Positions 1 through 9,710 of a stretch of 64,000 nucleotides of DNA are shown piece by piece. Source of the stretch: Myxococcota bacterium (GTDB lineage Bacteria > Myxococcota_A > UBA796 > UBA2385); the NCBI GenBank assembly GCA_044344255.1, contig JBIJDH010000023.1, positions 64,001-128,000 of the forward strand. The letters are read 5' to 3'. Both the position numbers and the translations under genes were made by a program. How positions within the stretch are numbered: position 1 is the first letter of the stretch; the number at the start of each line of letters is the position of its first letter. Under the pieces are notes generated by a model, which did not search any database, was not told where the DNA came from, and saw only the letters and a list, made by a program, of their open reading frames with translations.

Positions 1-2700
1 GCCACCGGCACCGAGGCCTGCGCCCAGCCCCCGGGCTTCGTCGGCGAGAACACCGACTGCGACGACACCGACGTCGAGCTCTACCCGGGAGCGGAGGAGG
101 TCTGTGACGGCCTCGACAACGACTGCGACGGCGAGCTCGACGAGGCGGGGGCGACCGGCGAGGTCACCTGGTACGTCGACATGGACGGGGACGGGCACGG
201 CACCACCGACATGACCGTCGTGTCCTGCGAGGCCCCCGTCGACTATGCCGCGGAGAGTGACGACTGCGACGACACCCGCAACGACATCTTTCCCGGCGCC
301 GACGAGTCCAACTGCGCCGATCCCACCGACTACAACTGTGATGGATCGGTGGAGTACACCGACGCCGACTCCGACGGCTATGCCGCCTGCGTGGACTGCG
401 ACGACACCGCCGCTGACCTCAACCCCGGCGCCACCGAGGTCTGCGACGGGCTCGACAACGACTGCGACACGCTCACCGATGACCTCGACGACTCGATTGA
501 CCTCACCACCGGCCTCTCCTTCTACGGTGACACCGACGGGGACACGTTTGGCGAGGCGCTCGACTCCCTGCTCGCTTGTGAGGCGCCCACCGGCTTCGTG
601 AGCGACGACACCGACTGCGACGATGACGACAGCAGCAGCTACCCCGGCGCGCCGGAGTCCTGTGACACCACCGACCACGACTGCAACGGCGTGGCCGACG
701 ACAGCTACTCCACCGACGCGCTCACCTGGTACGCCGACACCGACGGTGACACCTACGGTGACCTCGCCAACACCACCCCCGCCTGTACGCTGCCCGCCGG
801 CTACGTCGCGGACTCCGCCGACTGCGACGATGGCGACGTCGGAATCAACCCCGGTGCGCTGGAGGTCTGCGGCGGCGCCGACGAGAACTGCGACACCGTC
901 GTAGACGAGTCCACCGCCGCCGACGCGCTGACCTGGTACGCCGACACCGACGGCGACACCTACGGTGACCCCGCCGTCACCACCCCGGCCTGCACCCTCC
1001 CCGCCGACTATGTGGCCGACGCCGAGGACTGTGACGACAGCGACCCGGACACCAACCCCGGGGCGCTCGAGTACTGCGGCGGCGCCGATGAGAACTGCGA
1101 CGGCGCGACCGATGAGGACAGCGCGGCCGACGCCTCCACCTGGTACGAAGACGCCGACAGCGACGGCTTCGGCGCGCCGGACAGCACCCGGGTGCAGTGC
1201 ACCCAGCCCACGGGCTACCTCGCCGACGCCACCGACTGCCTCGACACCGACCTCAGCGTCAACCCCGACGGCACCGAGGTCTGTGACGATCAGCTCGACA
1301 ATGACTGCGACGGCACCCAGAACGGCTGCGTGTTCAGCTCGCCCGTCCTCTCCTCGAGCGCCGACGCCATCTTCACCGGTGAGGCGGCCAACAACAACGC
1401 GGGGAGCGCGGTGGCTGCCGCAGGCGACGTCAACGGTGACGGCATCGACGACGTGCTCGTCGGCGCCGAGTTCAGCCGCGGCGGCAGCTCGGGCTTCAAG
1501 CGGGGCCGCGCTTACCTCGTCCACGGCTCGGTCTCCGGGACCCGCGCCCTCTCCACCGCCGACGCGATCTTCTCGGGCGCGGTCAATTCCAACTACACCG
1601 GCAACGCGCTCACCGGCGCCGGCGACGTGGATGGGGACGGCTACGACGACATGCTGATCGGCGCCTATGGGCGCGCCAACTCCTCCGGGGCCTCGAACGC
1701 CGGCGCCGCACACCTCCTCTTCGGACCCCAGAGCGGCTCGGTCACGCTCACCGGCGTCGGCACGACCTTCGAGGGGGTCGCGGCGACGGACTACGCAGGC
1801 TACTCGGTGGGCCGGACTGACCTCGACGCCGACGGCCTCTCTGACCTCCTCATCGGCGCCAACCGCGCCGACACCGGCGGCACCGACGGCGGCGCCGTCT
1901 ACGTCTTCTACGGGGGCGCGCAGTCCGACTTCTCCACGACCGTCTCCCTCTCCGGGGCGGCCGCCACCCTGGTCGGCGCCGCGGGCGACCAGACCGGTCG
2001 GTACCTCTCAGGCTCGGGCGACGTCGATGGTGATGGGTTTGGCGACATCCTCGCCGGCGCCCACGCCAATGACTCGGACGGGACCGACGCTGGGCTCGCC
2101 TACCTCGCCCTCGGCCCGCTGAGCGGCCTCGTGACCCTGAGCACGAGCGCCACCGCCACCTGGACGGGCGTGAGCGCCAGCGACTACGCCGGCTGGTCCG
2201 TCGCCATCGTCGGCGACACCAACGCCGACGGCTACGACGACGCCCTCATCGGCGCCAACCAGGCCGACTCCGTCGCCTCCAACTCGGGCGCCGCCTACCT
2301 CGTGCTCGGCAGCGCCACGCCGGCCTCCGGCTCGCTGTCCGGCGCCGCCGCGCGCCTCGACGGCCTGCTGGTCGGCGACAAGGTTGGGCAGTCGGTGGCG
2401 GGCGCCGGTGACGTCAACGGGGACGGCATGGCGGACCTCCTCGTCGGCTCCGACCTCGTCAACGCGAGCGGCCTCCGGGACAACGGCGCGACCTACCTCG
2501 TCCACGGGCCGGTCAGCGGCATCGTCCTGCTGTCGGCCGCCTCGGCGACCTTCCAGGGCAGCGCCATCGACCAGTCCTTCGCCACCTCGATCAACGGGGC
2601 CGGCGACGTGAACAATGACGGTCAGGCCGACATCCTCGTCGGCGCCACCGGCTATGGCACGGGCGGCGGGGCCTTCCTGTTCAACGGCATCGGCTACTGA
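1..2700 (+). CDS. MopE-type (DCDD..PGA.E.CDG.DNDCDG) repeat protein with C-terminal FG-GAP/integrin-alpha beta-propeller; 5' end lies outside the window
   Basis: Frame is open from base 1 (ATGTEACAQPPGFVGENTDCDD...). Multiple Asp/Cys repeats, then AGDVNGDGxDDxLVGA FG-GAP repeats. TGA at 2698-2700. Confidence 0.9.
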   Translation, partial: ATGTEACAQPPGFVGENTDCDDTDVELYPGAEEVCDGLDNDCDGELDEAGATGEVTWYVDMDGDGHGTTDMTVVSCEAPVDYAAESDDCDDTRNDIFPGADESNCADPTDYNCDGSVEYTDADSDGYAACVDCDDTAADLNPGATEVCDGLDNDCDTLTDDLDDSIDLTTGLSFYGDTDGDTFGEALDSLLACEAPTGFVSDDTDCDDDDSSSYPGAPESCDTTDHDCNGVADDSYSTDALTWYADTDGDTYGDLANTTPACTLPAGYVADSADCDDGDVGINPGALEVCGGADENCDTVVDESTAADALTWYADTDGDTYGDPAVTTPACTLPADYVADAEDCDDSDPDTNPGALEYCGGADENCDGATDEDSAADASTWYEDADSDGFGAPDSTRVQCTQPTGYLADATDCLDTDLSVNPDGTEVCDDQLDNDCDGTQNGCVFSSPVLSSSADAIFTGEAANNNAGSAVAAAGDVNGDGIDDVLVGAEFSRGGSSGFKRGRAYLVHGSVSGTRALSTADAIFSGAVNSNYTGNALTGAGDVDGDGYDDMLIGAYGRANSSGASNAGAAHLLFGPQSGSVTLTGVGTTFEGVAATDYAGYSVGRTDLDADGLSDLLIGANRADTGGTDGGAVYVFYGGAQSDFSTTVSLSGAAATLVGAAGDQTGRYLSGSGDVDGDGFGDILAGAHANDSDGTDAGLAYLALGPLSGLVTLSTSATATWTGVSASDYAGWSVAIVGDTNADGYDDALIGANQADSVASNSGAAYLVLGSATPASGSLSGAAARLDGLLVGDKVGQSVAGAGDVNGDGMADLLVGSDLVNASGLRDNGATYLVHGPVSGIVLLSAASATFQGSAIDQSFATSINGAGDVNNDGQADILVGATGYGTGGGAFLFNGIGY

Positions 2701-2721
2701 GGCGCCGTCGGGGCGCGGCCG

Positions 2722-3855
2722 TCACTTCGGCGGCGGCGGCGCCTCGGTCTTCGCGGGCTCGGTCGGCTTGGCGGCCTCCGGGGGCTTGACGGCCTCCGGG
2801 GGCTTGACGGCCTCCGGGGGCTTGACGGCCTCCGGGGGCTTGACGGCCTCGGCGGGGGGCGCCTCGGGCGGGGCGGCGGGCTCCGTGGTCTCGACCGTCG
2901 GCGGCGGGTTGAGGAAGGCGCGCAGGGCCTCTCGCACCTTCACCGGCGCCTCCTCCTGGGGGAAGTGGCCGACCCCGGCGAGGGGCAGCGAGGTGGCGCT
3001 CGGGAAGGCGGTCTGCCAGCGGGCGAGGTCGGCCGGGGAGACGGTGGGGTCGTCCATCCCCCAGATGAACAGCGCCGGCTTCTGGGCGATGCGGTCGCGC
3101 TTGTCCCAGAGGCCCTGGTAGAACGACGCGCCGTTGTCGAGCTGAGCGCCGAGGCGCCAGGGGCCCTGGCGGTGCTCGGGCGTCGGGAAGGGGCCGGTGT
3201 AGGCCTCGAGGACCTCGGGGCTCAGGCTGTGGCCGTCGCCCAGCACCTTCGGGATGAGCTTGCGGGGGGAGATGTCCCGCTGCAGGTAGAGGTAGCGGCC
3301 GAGGGGGCGCTCGACGAAGTTGCTGATGCGCGCCACCTGCGGATCGTCGGAGAGCGACCACATCCAGGAGTTGAGCACGACGATGCGCTTGACGTTCTCG
3401 GGGTGCTCGATGGCGTAGGAGAGGCCGATCGGCCCGCCGAAGTCATGCACGACGAGCGTGATGTCGTGCAGATCGAGCTTGTTGATCAGGGTCTCGAGGT
3501 TCTTGGCGTGGGCGGCGGGCGTGTAGAGCCAGCTCTCGGGCTTGTCGGAGAGCCCGAAGCCGATGTGGTCCACCGCCACCACCCGGTGGTCCTTGCGGGT
3601 GTCGCGCATCGTGTCCCGCCAGAGGTAAGACCAGGTGGGCGTGCCGTGCACGAAGACGACCGCCTCGCCTTCGCCTTCATCGATGTAGTGCATGTTCCCG
3701 CCGTCGACGGGCAGGAAGCGGGAGGCGAAGGGGTAGGCGCGGAGATCGACCCAGTCGATGCTCGTGGTCGGGCTGCCCGGCTTGAAGACCACGGGCTCGC
3801 GGATGGCGCAGCCGAGGCCGAGGGCGGCGAGGAGCCAGGTCGAACGGTGAGACAT
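2722..3855 (-). CDS. Alpha/beta hydrolase, haloalkane dehalogenase-like; probable lipoprotein with Pro-rich tail
   Basis: FVHGTPTWSYLW, DHIGFGLSDKP, nucleophile elbow VVHDFGG, GHFPQEE; LGLGC lipobox. Confidence 0.85.
   Translation of the reverse strand: MSHRSTWLLAALGLGCAIREPVVFKPGSPTTSIDWVDLRAYPFASRFLPVDGGNMHYIDEGEGEAVVFVHGTPTWSYLWRDTMRDTRKDHRVVAVDHIGFGLSDKPESWLYTPAAHAKNLETLINKLDLHDITLVVHDFGGPIGLSYAIEHPENVKRIVVLNSWMWSLSDDPQVARISNFVERPLGRYLYLQRDISPRKLIPKVLGDGHSLSPEVLEAYTGPFPTPEHRQGPWRLGAQLDNGASFYQGLWDKRDRIAQKPALFIWGMDDPTVSPADLARWQTAFPSATSLPLAGVGHFPQEEAPVKVREALRAFLNPPPTVETTEPAAPPEAPPAEAVKPPEAVKPPEAVKPPEAVKPPEAAKPTEPAKTEAPPPPK
2772..2850. repeat. 18-bp tandem repeat, ~4.4 copies, encoding (PPEAVK)n
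   Basis: Unit CGGCCTCCGGGGGCTTGA repeated exactly. Confidence 0.9.
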
Positions 3856-4037
3856 GTGGGTTTCTCCTGCGGCCCTTCGGGGCGGCCCCTACAGCGCGGC
3901 CGGGGGCCGATGGTCAAGCGCACCTTACGATATCCTGCGGTCGCGGAGCAGGGTAGCACGGTCCCCGGCCATCCTCGGCTACACTGGCGCCTCTCCTTGG
4001 CGGCGCGCTCGGCGGCGCCGCACCCGCGGAGCTCGGA

Positions 4038-5150
4038 ATGGTCCTGGTCGCGCTGATCTCCCTCCTGGCCTGCTCCGGCAAAGACTCGGAGTCGACTGGC
4101 CCTGGCTCTGGCGGGGACACCGGCGAGGCCCTCGATCCGCTCGCCTGGCTCAACGAGCCCGGGCCCTACCGCGCCGGCTACCGCACGGTCGAGGTCCGCT
4201 ACACCGAGCCGCTCAGCGGGGAGGTGCGGGCGCTGCGCACCGCGGTCTGGTACCCGACGCTCGACACCACCGGCTCCTCGCCCACCTACTTCGGCGGCCT
4301 CGACCCCGACGCCCTCGAGGCGGCCACCCCCGCCACGGGCCCCTTCCCGCTCCTCGTCTACTCGCACGGTCACCAGGGTTACGCCGAGGCCTCGAGCTTC
4401 CTGATGACCCACCTCGCCTCGCATGGCTGGGTGGTGGCCGCGCCGGACCACACGGGCAACACCACCCTCGACGGCGGCGAGCGAGAGACCGCCATCTACT
4501 ACGAGCGCCCGCTCGACATCTCCGCCGTGATCGACCACTTCGCCGCCCTCCCCGACGGCGAGCCCTGGAGCGACACGCCGACCGACTCCGTGGGGGTGAT
4601 CGGCCACAGCTTCGGCGGCTACACGAGCTTCGCCCTTGGCGGCGCCCAATACGACTTGGACACCCTCGCGCCGGCCTGCGCGGATGGGACGTACACCGGT
4701 GACTTCTGCGTGGGCATGACCAGCGAGGCCGAGGCGCTCCTCCGCGCCGGCCTCACAGACCCCCGCGTCTCCGGCCTCCTGGCGATGGCCCCCGGCGACT
4801 TCGACCTCTTCGCCGAGGCCGGGGTGGGCGCGGTGAGCGTGCCCACGATGCTGATGACCGGCACGCTCGACCCCTCCACCGAGGGCGGCGGCGCGCGCTA
4901 CGAGGCGGCCCTGCAGGTGGAGCCGCGCTGGTCGCTCTCCATCGAGGGGGGCGGCCACATGACCTTCACCGACTTCTCCGAGATCCTCGAGCCCATCGAG
5001 GGGATCATCCCGAAGGAGGATGGCTGGCAGATCGTGCGTGTCTACGGCGCCGCCTTCGCCTACGGCCTCCTCGGAGACGAGCGCGTGGCCTCGATCCTCG
5101 ACGGGAGCCTCTCCGTCGGCCCGGCCGCGCTCCTCACCCCTACGCCCTGA
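4038..5150 (+). CDS. Lipoprotein alpha/beta hydrolase (dienelactone hydrolase / PAF-AH-like)
   Basis: LLAC lipobox; FPLLVYSHG, LASHGWVVAAPDH, GHSFGG serine elbow. Confidence 0.85.
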   Translation: MVLVALISLLACSGKDSESTGPGSGGDTGEALDPLAWLNEPGPYRAGYRTVEVRYTEPLSGEVRALRTAVWYPTLDTTGSSPTYFGGLDPDALEAATPATGPFPLLVYSHGHQGYAEASSFLMTHLASHGWVVAAPDHTGNTTLDGGERETAIYYERPLDISAVIDHFAALPDGEPWSDTPTDSVGVIGHSFGGYTSFALGGAQYDLDTLAPACADGTYTGDFCVGMTSEAEALLRAGLTDPRVSGLLAMAPGDFDLFAEAGVGAVSVPTMLMTGTLDPSTEGGGARYEAALQVEPRWSLSIEGGGHMTFTDFSEILEPIEGIIPKEDGWQIVRVYGAAFAYGLLGDERVASILDGSLSVGPAALLTPTP

Positions 5151-5222
5151 GCGGGCCCCCGGTCTGCCGCGGCCCCGCAGGGCGCGCTCGGAAGGACCAC
5201 CGGAAAGACCACAGGAAGGACC

Positions 5223-6494
5223 ATGAGCCCAGACCTCGGCCCCGCCGCCCTCCGAATCGACGAGGCGCGCCTCGCCGCCGCCCTCGCGGCCCTGGGCGAG
5301 CTGGGCGGCTACGACGACGCCCGCCTCGGCCTGCGGGGCGTGAACCGCCTCGCGCTCACCCCCGCCGACGGCCTCGGGCGCGCGCACGTCGTCGCCCGGA
5401 TGCGGGCCCTCGGCCTCGCGGTCACCGTCGATCGCATCGGCAACGCCTATGGGCGCTGGGAGGGGGAGGACCCCGCCCTCCCGCCCCTGATGATCGGCTC
5501 CCACATCGACTCCGTGCCCACCGCGGGCCGCTTTGACGGCTGCCTCGGCGTGCTGGGCGGCCTCGAGGTGGTGGCCACCCTCGCGGGGGCGGGCCTGCGG
5601 CCGCGGCGGTCGATCGTCGTCGCCTTCTTCACCGACGAGGAGGGCTGCCGCTTCGGCACCGACATGCTCGGGAGCGCCGTCGCCACCGGGCGCCTCGCCC
5701 TCGAGGCCGCCTACGCGCTCACCGACCGCGAGGGCAAGCGCCTCCGCGATGAGCTCGAGGCCATCGGCTTCCTCGGCGAGGCCCCCGAGCGCGTGGAGCC
5801 CCCCTTCGCCTACCTCGAGTGTCACATCGAGCAGGGCCCGGTGCTGGCCGCCGAGGGCCTCGAGGTGGGCGTGGTCACGGGCGTCCAAGGGATCTCCTGG
5901 TGGGAGCTGCACATCGAGGGGGAGTCGGCCCACGCGGGCACCACCCCGATGGAGCTCCGCCACGACGCCGGCGTGGCCGCGGCGCGCATCAACCTCTCCC
6001 TGCGCGAGCTCATCGCCAGCGGTCGCCTCGGCGAGCTGCGGGCGACCATGGGGGCGATCGAGCCGCAGCCCGGCCTCGTCAACATCGTCCCCGGTCGCCT
6101 GCGCTGCACCGTCGACCTCCGCAACCCCGACGAGGCCCGCCTCGTGGCCGCCGAGGAGGCCCTCCACGCCCTCATCGCCGAGGTCGAGCGCCTCGAGGGG
6201 GTGACCATCACCGCCCGACAGACCGCCCGCACCCCGCCGGTGGCCTTTGACCCCGCGCTCCAAGATGCGGTCGAGGCCGCCGCGGCGGGGCTCGGGCTGC
6301 GCCACCGCCGCATCATCTCGGGGGCCGGCCACGACGCCCAGGAGTTCTCGCGGATCTGCCCCACGGCGATGATCTTCGTCCCCGGCCAGAACCGCGGCAT
6401 CAGCCACAACCCGGCCGAGTCCTCGAGCCCGCGCCAGTGCGCCGACGGCGTGGACGTGCTCCTCCAGGTGGTGCGGCGGCTCTGCGAGGTCTGA
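5223..6494 (+). CDS. M20 Zn-dependent amidohydrolase (allantoate amidohydrolase / N-carbamoylase family)
   Basis: GSHIDSVP, GRFDGCLGV, DEEG, ECHIEQGP, HAGTTPM, SGAGHDA, SHNPAE motifs. Confidence 0.92.
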   Translation: MSPDLGPAALRIDEARLAAALAALGELGGYDDARLGLRGVNRLALTPADGLGRAHVVARMRALGLAVTVDRIGNAYGRWEGEDPALPPLMIGSHIDSVPTAGRFDGCLGVLGGLEVVATLAGAGLRPRRSIVVAFFTDEEGCRFGTDMLGSAVATGRLALEAAYALTDREGKRLRDELEAIGFLGEAPERVEPPFAYLECHIEQGPVLAAEGLEVGVVTGVQGISWWELHIEGESAHAGTTPMELRHDAGVAAARINLSLRELIASGRLGELRATMGAIEPQPGLVNIVPGRLRCTVDLRNPDEARLVAAEEALHALIAEVERLEGVTITARQTARTPPVAFDPALQDAVEAAAAGLGLRHRRIISGAGHDAQEFSRICPTAMIFVPGQNRGISHNPAESSSPRQCADGVDVLLQVVRRLCEV

Positions 6495-6534
6495 TCCGGC
6501 GAGGTCTGATCCGGCGAGGTCTGATCCGGCGAGG
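6484..6534. repeat. 15-bp tandem repeat, ~3.4 copies, spanning the stop codon of the M20 gene
   Basis: GCGAGGTCTGATCCG x3 plus GCGAGG. Confidence 0.9.
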
Positions 6535-6664
6535 CCTCTTCCTGCGAGGTGAGCGAGCGAGGCGGTGGCCTCGCTCCGGCCAGGTCCAAGAAACGCGAAC
6601 GCTCCTCCCCCACCGATCCCACCGGGTCGCCCCCTCCGCCCGCCTCCCCTGGCCCCAGAAGCCC

Positions 6665-7318
6665 ATGCCCGACGCTTCCTACCTCGCGCCCAACCGCTTC
6701 GTAGACTGCGACCACCCCGCTGTGGTCGAGTTCGCCTTGGCGGCCGCGGGGGGCCTCCCCCGGCGCGAGGGCATCGTCGCCCTCTACGAGGCCATCCGCG
6801 ATGGCTGGCGCTACAACCCCTGGCAGGTGGGCCTCCAACCCGAGGACTACGCCGCGAGCCGCGTGCTGCTGCGCGAGCGGTCCCGGGGCGGGCACTGTAT
6901 CGACAAGGCCAACCTGCTCGCCGCCTGCGCCCGCGCCCTCGGCGTCCCGTCGCGCCTGCACTTCGCCAACGTGCGCAACCACATCGGCACGGCCCGGCTG
7001 GAGGCGCTGCTCGGCACCGATCTGCTCGTCTACCACGGTTACACCGAGCTCTGGCTGGAGGGGCGCTGGGTCGCCGCCACGCCGGCCTTCAACCGGTCGC
7101 TCTGCCAGCACCTCGGCGTGGCGCCCCTGGAGTTCGATGGGGTCCACGACAGCGTCTTCCAGGAGTTCGACCGCCAGGGGGGCCGCTTCATGGAGTACGT
7201 GGAGGACCACGGCAGCCACGCGGGCATCCCCTTCGACGACATGATCGCGGCCTGGCAGCTCCACTACCCGATGATCAAGTCCGGCCGGTGGCCCGAGCTG
7301 GAGCGATCGGCCGAGTGA
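6665..7318 (+). CDS. Transglutaminase-like family protein
   Basis: GHCIDKANLLAACARALGVPSRL, HGYTELWLEGRWVAATPAF; ATG at 6665 chosen over the longer ORF. Confidence 0.85.
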   Translation: MPDASYLAPNRFVDCDHPAVVEFALAAAGGLPRREGIVALYEAIRDGWRYNPWQVGLQPEDYAASRVLLRERSRGGHCIDKANLLAACARALGVPSRLHFANVRNHIGTARLEALLGTDLLVYHGYTELWLEGRWVAATPAFNRSLCQHLGVAPLEFDGVHDSVFQEFDRQGGRFMEYVEDHGSHAGIPFDDMIAAWQLHYPMIKSGRWPELERSAE

Positions 7319-7381
7319 GGCGGGCGGGCGGTCCCATCCCCCCGGACCGGCGCTTGTGGTCGTGGGAGGCGCCCGGCGTCC

Positions 7382-8440
7382 TCAGAGCGGATCGTCGGTG
7401 AGCAGCCAGCGGATCGAGGTGTCGTCGCAGTCACCCGTGCGGTCGCCGCCGCCGCAGAAGCGCTGCTCTACCCAGGCGAAGTCGCCGGGGAAGCCGAGGC
7501 TGTCGAGCCGGTCGAAGAGCCGCGCCTCCTCCTCGCCCATGTTGTGGACCTCCGGGAGGCGCTCGTAGGGGGAGCGGTCGGCCACCTCGTCGGGATCGCA
7601 GTCATCATCGACGCAGACGAGCCACCACCAGGCGCCCTCGCAGGCGGCCGTGGTGCCGTAGAGGGAGTGGACGCCGGTCGAGGCGTGGACCACCCAGCGG
7701 GGCTCCCCCGTGCTGGCGTCGGCGACGGTGGCGAGCTCGGCGAGGCTGGCGCCGGCGAAGGTGGCGCTGCTGTCGTAGTCGACGCCCTCGCGGGCGCCCG
7801 TGAAGACCTGGGAGATCTGCACGCCGGTGGCCGTCGGGGCGAGCTCGAGCACCACCCGCTCGCTGTCCCCGGCGTGGGCGCCATAGTCGCAGCTCCCGTA
7901 GTCGGCGGACCAGGCGAGGGCGAAGGAGACGCGGGTCTGAGCGGGGTCGAGGGGGCTCGGGCTCACCCGACCGAGGGCGACGAGCAGCGCCGCGCTGTCG
8001 GCGGCGAAGGGCTCGGACTCGTCGAGCCAGACGACGGGCAGCAGGCGGTCGAGGAGCACGGCCTCCCAGGCGTCGACGAGGCCGTCCTCGTCGTCGTCGG
8101 CGCAGGGGGTGTCGGCGAAGGGGAGCGCGAGGCAGTCGGCCGGGGCGCGGGGCAGGTTGAGGCTGAGCTCGAGCAGGTTCGTGGGGCTGGCGACGACCCC
8201 CACGTCGAGCTCGAAGGGGGGGAGCGGGGGTTCGCCGGTGTCGGGGGGGCCGGAGTCTCCGCCGCTGTCGGTGGAGCCCCCGTCGGCGCCGCCGCTGTCC
8301 GGGCCGATCGGAGCGTCGCTGTCCCCGGAGGCGCCGTCCCCGCCGGTCTCGTCGGGCCGCCCGCTGTCCGTGACGCCCACCGCGCCCTCCCCGAGCGGGA
8401 GCGCGGGGAAGCAGGCGGCGAAGAGGAGGAGGGGCCACAT
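7382..8440 (-). CDS. Hypothetical lipoprotein with acidic linker and HxGDxE motif
   Basis: LFAAC lipobox, DSG-rich linker, DDDEDGLVDAWE, HAGDSERVVLEL. Confidence 0.7.
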   Translation of the reverse strand: MWPLLLFAACFPALPLGEGAVGVTDSGRPDETGGDGASGDSDAPIGPDSGGADGGSTDSGGDSGPPDTGEPPLPPFELDVGVVASPTNLLELSLNLPRAPADCLALPFADTPCADDDEDGLVDAWEAVLLDRLLPVVWLDESEPFAADSAALLVALGRVSPSPLDPAQTRVSFALAWSADYGSCDYGAHAGDSERVVLELAPTATGVQISQVFTGAREGVDYDSSATFAGASLAELATVADASTGEPRWVVHASTGVHSLYGTTAACEGAWWWLVCVDDDCDPDEVADRSPYERLPEVHNMGEEEARLFDRLDSLGFPGDFAWVEQRFCGGGDRTGDCDDTSIRWLLTDDPL

Positions 8441-8502
8441 GGGGGGAGGATAGCCGCGGGCGCCGCGCGGGGGAAGCGGCCGCGGCGGGATAGCCCCTCG
8501 CG

Positions 8503-8964
8503 ATGCGACACCGCCCTGACCCCACTCACCCCGATCCCGATCCCGCCCACCGTGACGCCCTGGCCTCCGCCGTGCACGTGATGCCGCTCCAGATCTACTA
8601 CGAGGACACCGACATCTCCGGCCTCGTCTATCACGCGAATTATCTTCGCTATTTTGAGAGAGCGCGGGAGCACCTCCTCGGGCCGGCCGAGCTCGTGCGC
8701 CTGTGGCGGGACGAGGGGGTGGGCTTCGTCGTCTACAAGTGTGAGCTCACCTTCAAGGAGGGCGCCACCCTCGGCGACACGCTGGAGGTGCGGACCGCCC
8801 CGCGGATGGAGAGCGAGTACCGGGCGGTCTTCCAGCAGTCCGTCTGGCGGCCGGGCGGACGGGGGCCGATGGTGGAGGGGGTCGTGCAGCTCGTCTGTGT
8901 CGACAAGAAGAACAAGCTCGTGCCGCTCCCCGAGGGCGTGCGCGCGCGGATGAAGGCGGGCTGA
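8503..8964 (+). CDS. YbgC/FadM-family acyl-CoA thioesterase
   Basis: IYYEDTDISGLVYHANYLRYFERARE hotdog-fold motif; start uncertain. Confidence 0.88.
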   Translation: MRHRPDPTHPDPDPAHRDALASAVHVMPLQIYYEDTDISGLVYHANYLRYFERAREHLLGPAELVRLWRDEGVGFVVYKCELTFKEGATLGDTLEVRTAPRMESEYRAVFQQSVWRPGGRGPMVEGVVQLVCVDKKNKLVPLPEGVRARMKAG

Positions 8965-9035
8965 GGGCGGCTCTCGCCTTCGGGTGCGCCCCCGGGGTCG
9001 AACACGATAGGATGGGCGCTGCACAGGAGCCGACC

Positions 9036-9710
9036 ATGCCGCTGCCCGAGCCCGCCTGCCGAGCGACCCTCCCCCGTGGCGCCCGCGGCCTCGCCCTGCT
9101 CCCGCTCCTCCTCGGGGCCCTCCCCGGCTGCAGCCGCTCGGTCGATGAGGCCGGCGCCCAGGCGGTCTTCGAGGCCCTGGTGCTGGTCAACGCAGACCTC
9201 TACACCGGCGTCGAGGCGATGGAGGAGACCGAGGGCGCCGAGGCCGCCGGCCGCGCCGCGCCGCGGGGCCGCACCGCCGCCGCCAAGGGCTCCGATGACG
9301 CGCGCGCGGGGGCCATCGAGGGCGGCCTCCTCTGGACCGGCGTGATCGAGGTCGAGGGATCGAGCTCGCAGAGCGAGGGAGATGGCTCGACGCTCTCCAC
9401 CTACGACCTCGCCGTGACCTACATCGACGTCGCGCCCTTCGAGCCGGAGGTCGTGCTCAACGGCGATCTGCAGACCCACGCCGAGCTCGAGCGCGCCGAC
9501 GACGGCTCCTCCTTCGCCCTCTCCACCCGCCTCGACGGCGACCTCGTGGTCGAGGGAGAGGCCGAGGGGGAGGCCGAGGTGCACACCACCCTCGCGGTGG
9601 CCTGGGACGCGGAGACCGGCGGCTTCACCGCGGCCGCGACCGGTGACATCGGCGGCTACGAGGTCTCCGACTTCGTGGTCGAGCTCGAGGCCAGCGCCTT
9701 CGGCGAGTGA
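9036..9710 (+). CDS. Hypothetical lipoprotein
   Basis: LPGC lipobox; AGGAG before ATG 9036; overlaps the next gene by GTGA. Confidence 0.65.
   Translation: MPLPEPACRATLPRGARGLALLPLLLGALPGCSRSVDEAGAQAVFEALVLVNADLYTGVEAMEETEGAEAAGRAAPRGRTAAAKGSDDARAGAIEGGLLWTGVIEVEGSSSQSEGDGSTLSTYDLAVTYIDVAPFEPEVVLNGDLQTHAELERADDGSSFALSTRLDGDLVVEGEAEGEAEVHTTLAVAWDAETGGFTAAATGDIGGYEVSDFVVELEASAFGE

Noticed and set aside
3486..6407. Long antisense and alternate-frame ORFs (e.g. 3486-6407 -, 15809-18133 +, 17872-20328 +, 53970-56111 -)
   Set aside because: These are GC-shadow frames of well-supported genes, with no domain motifs.
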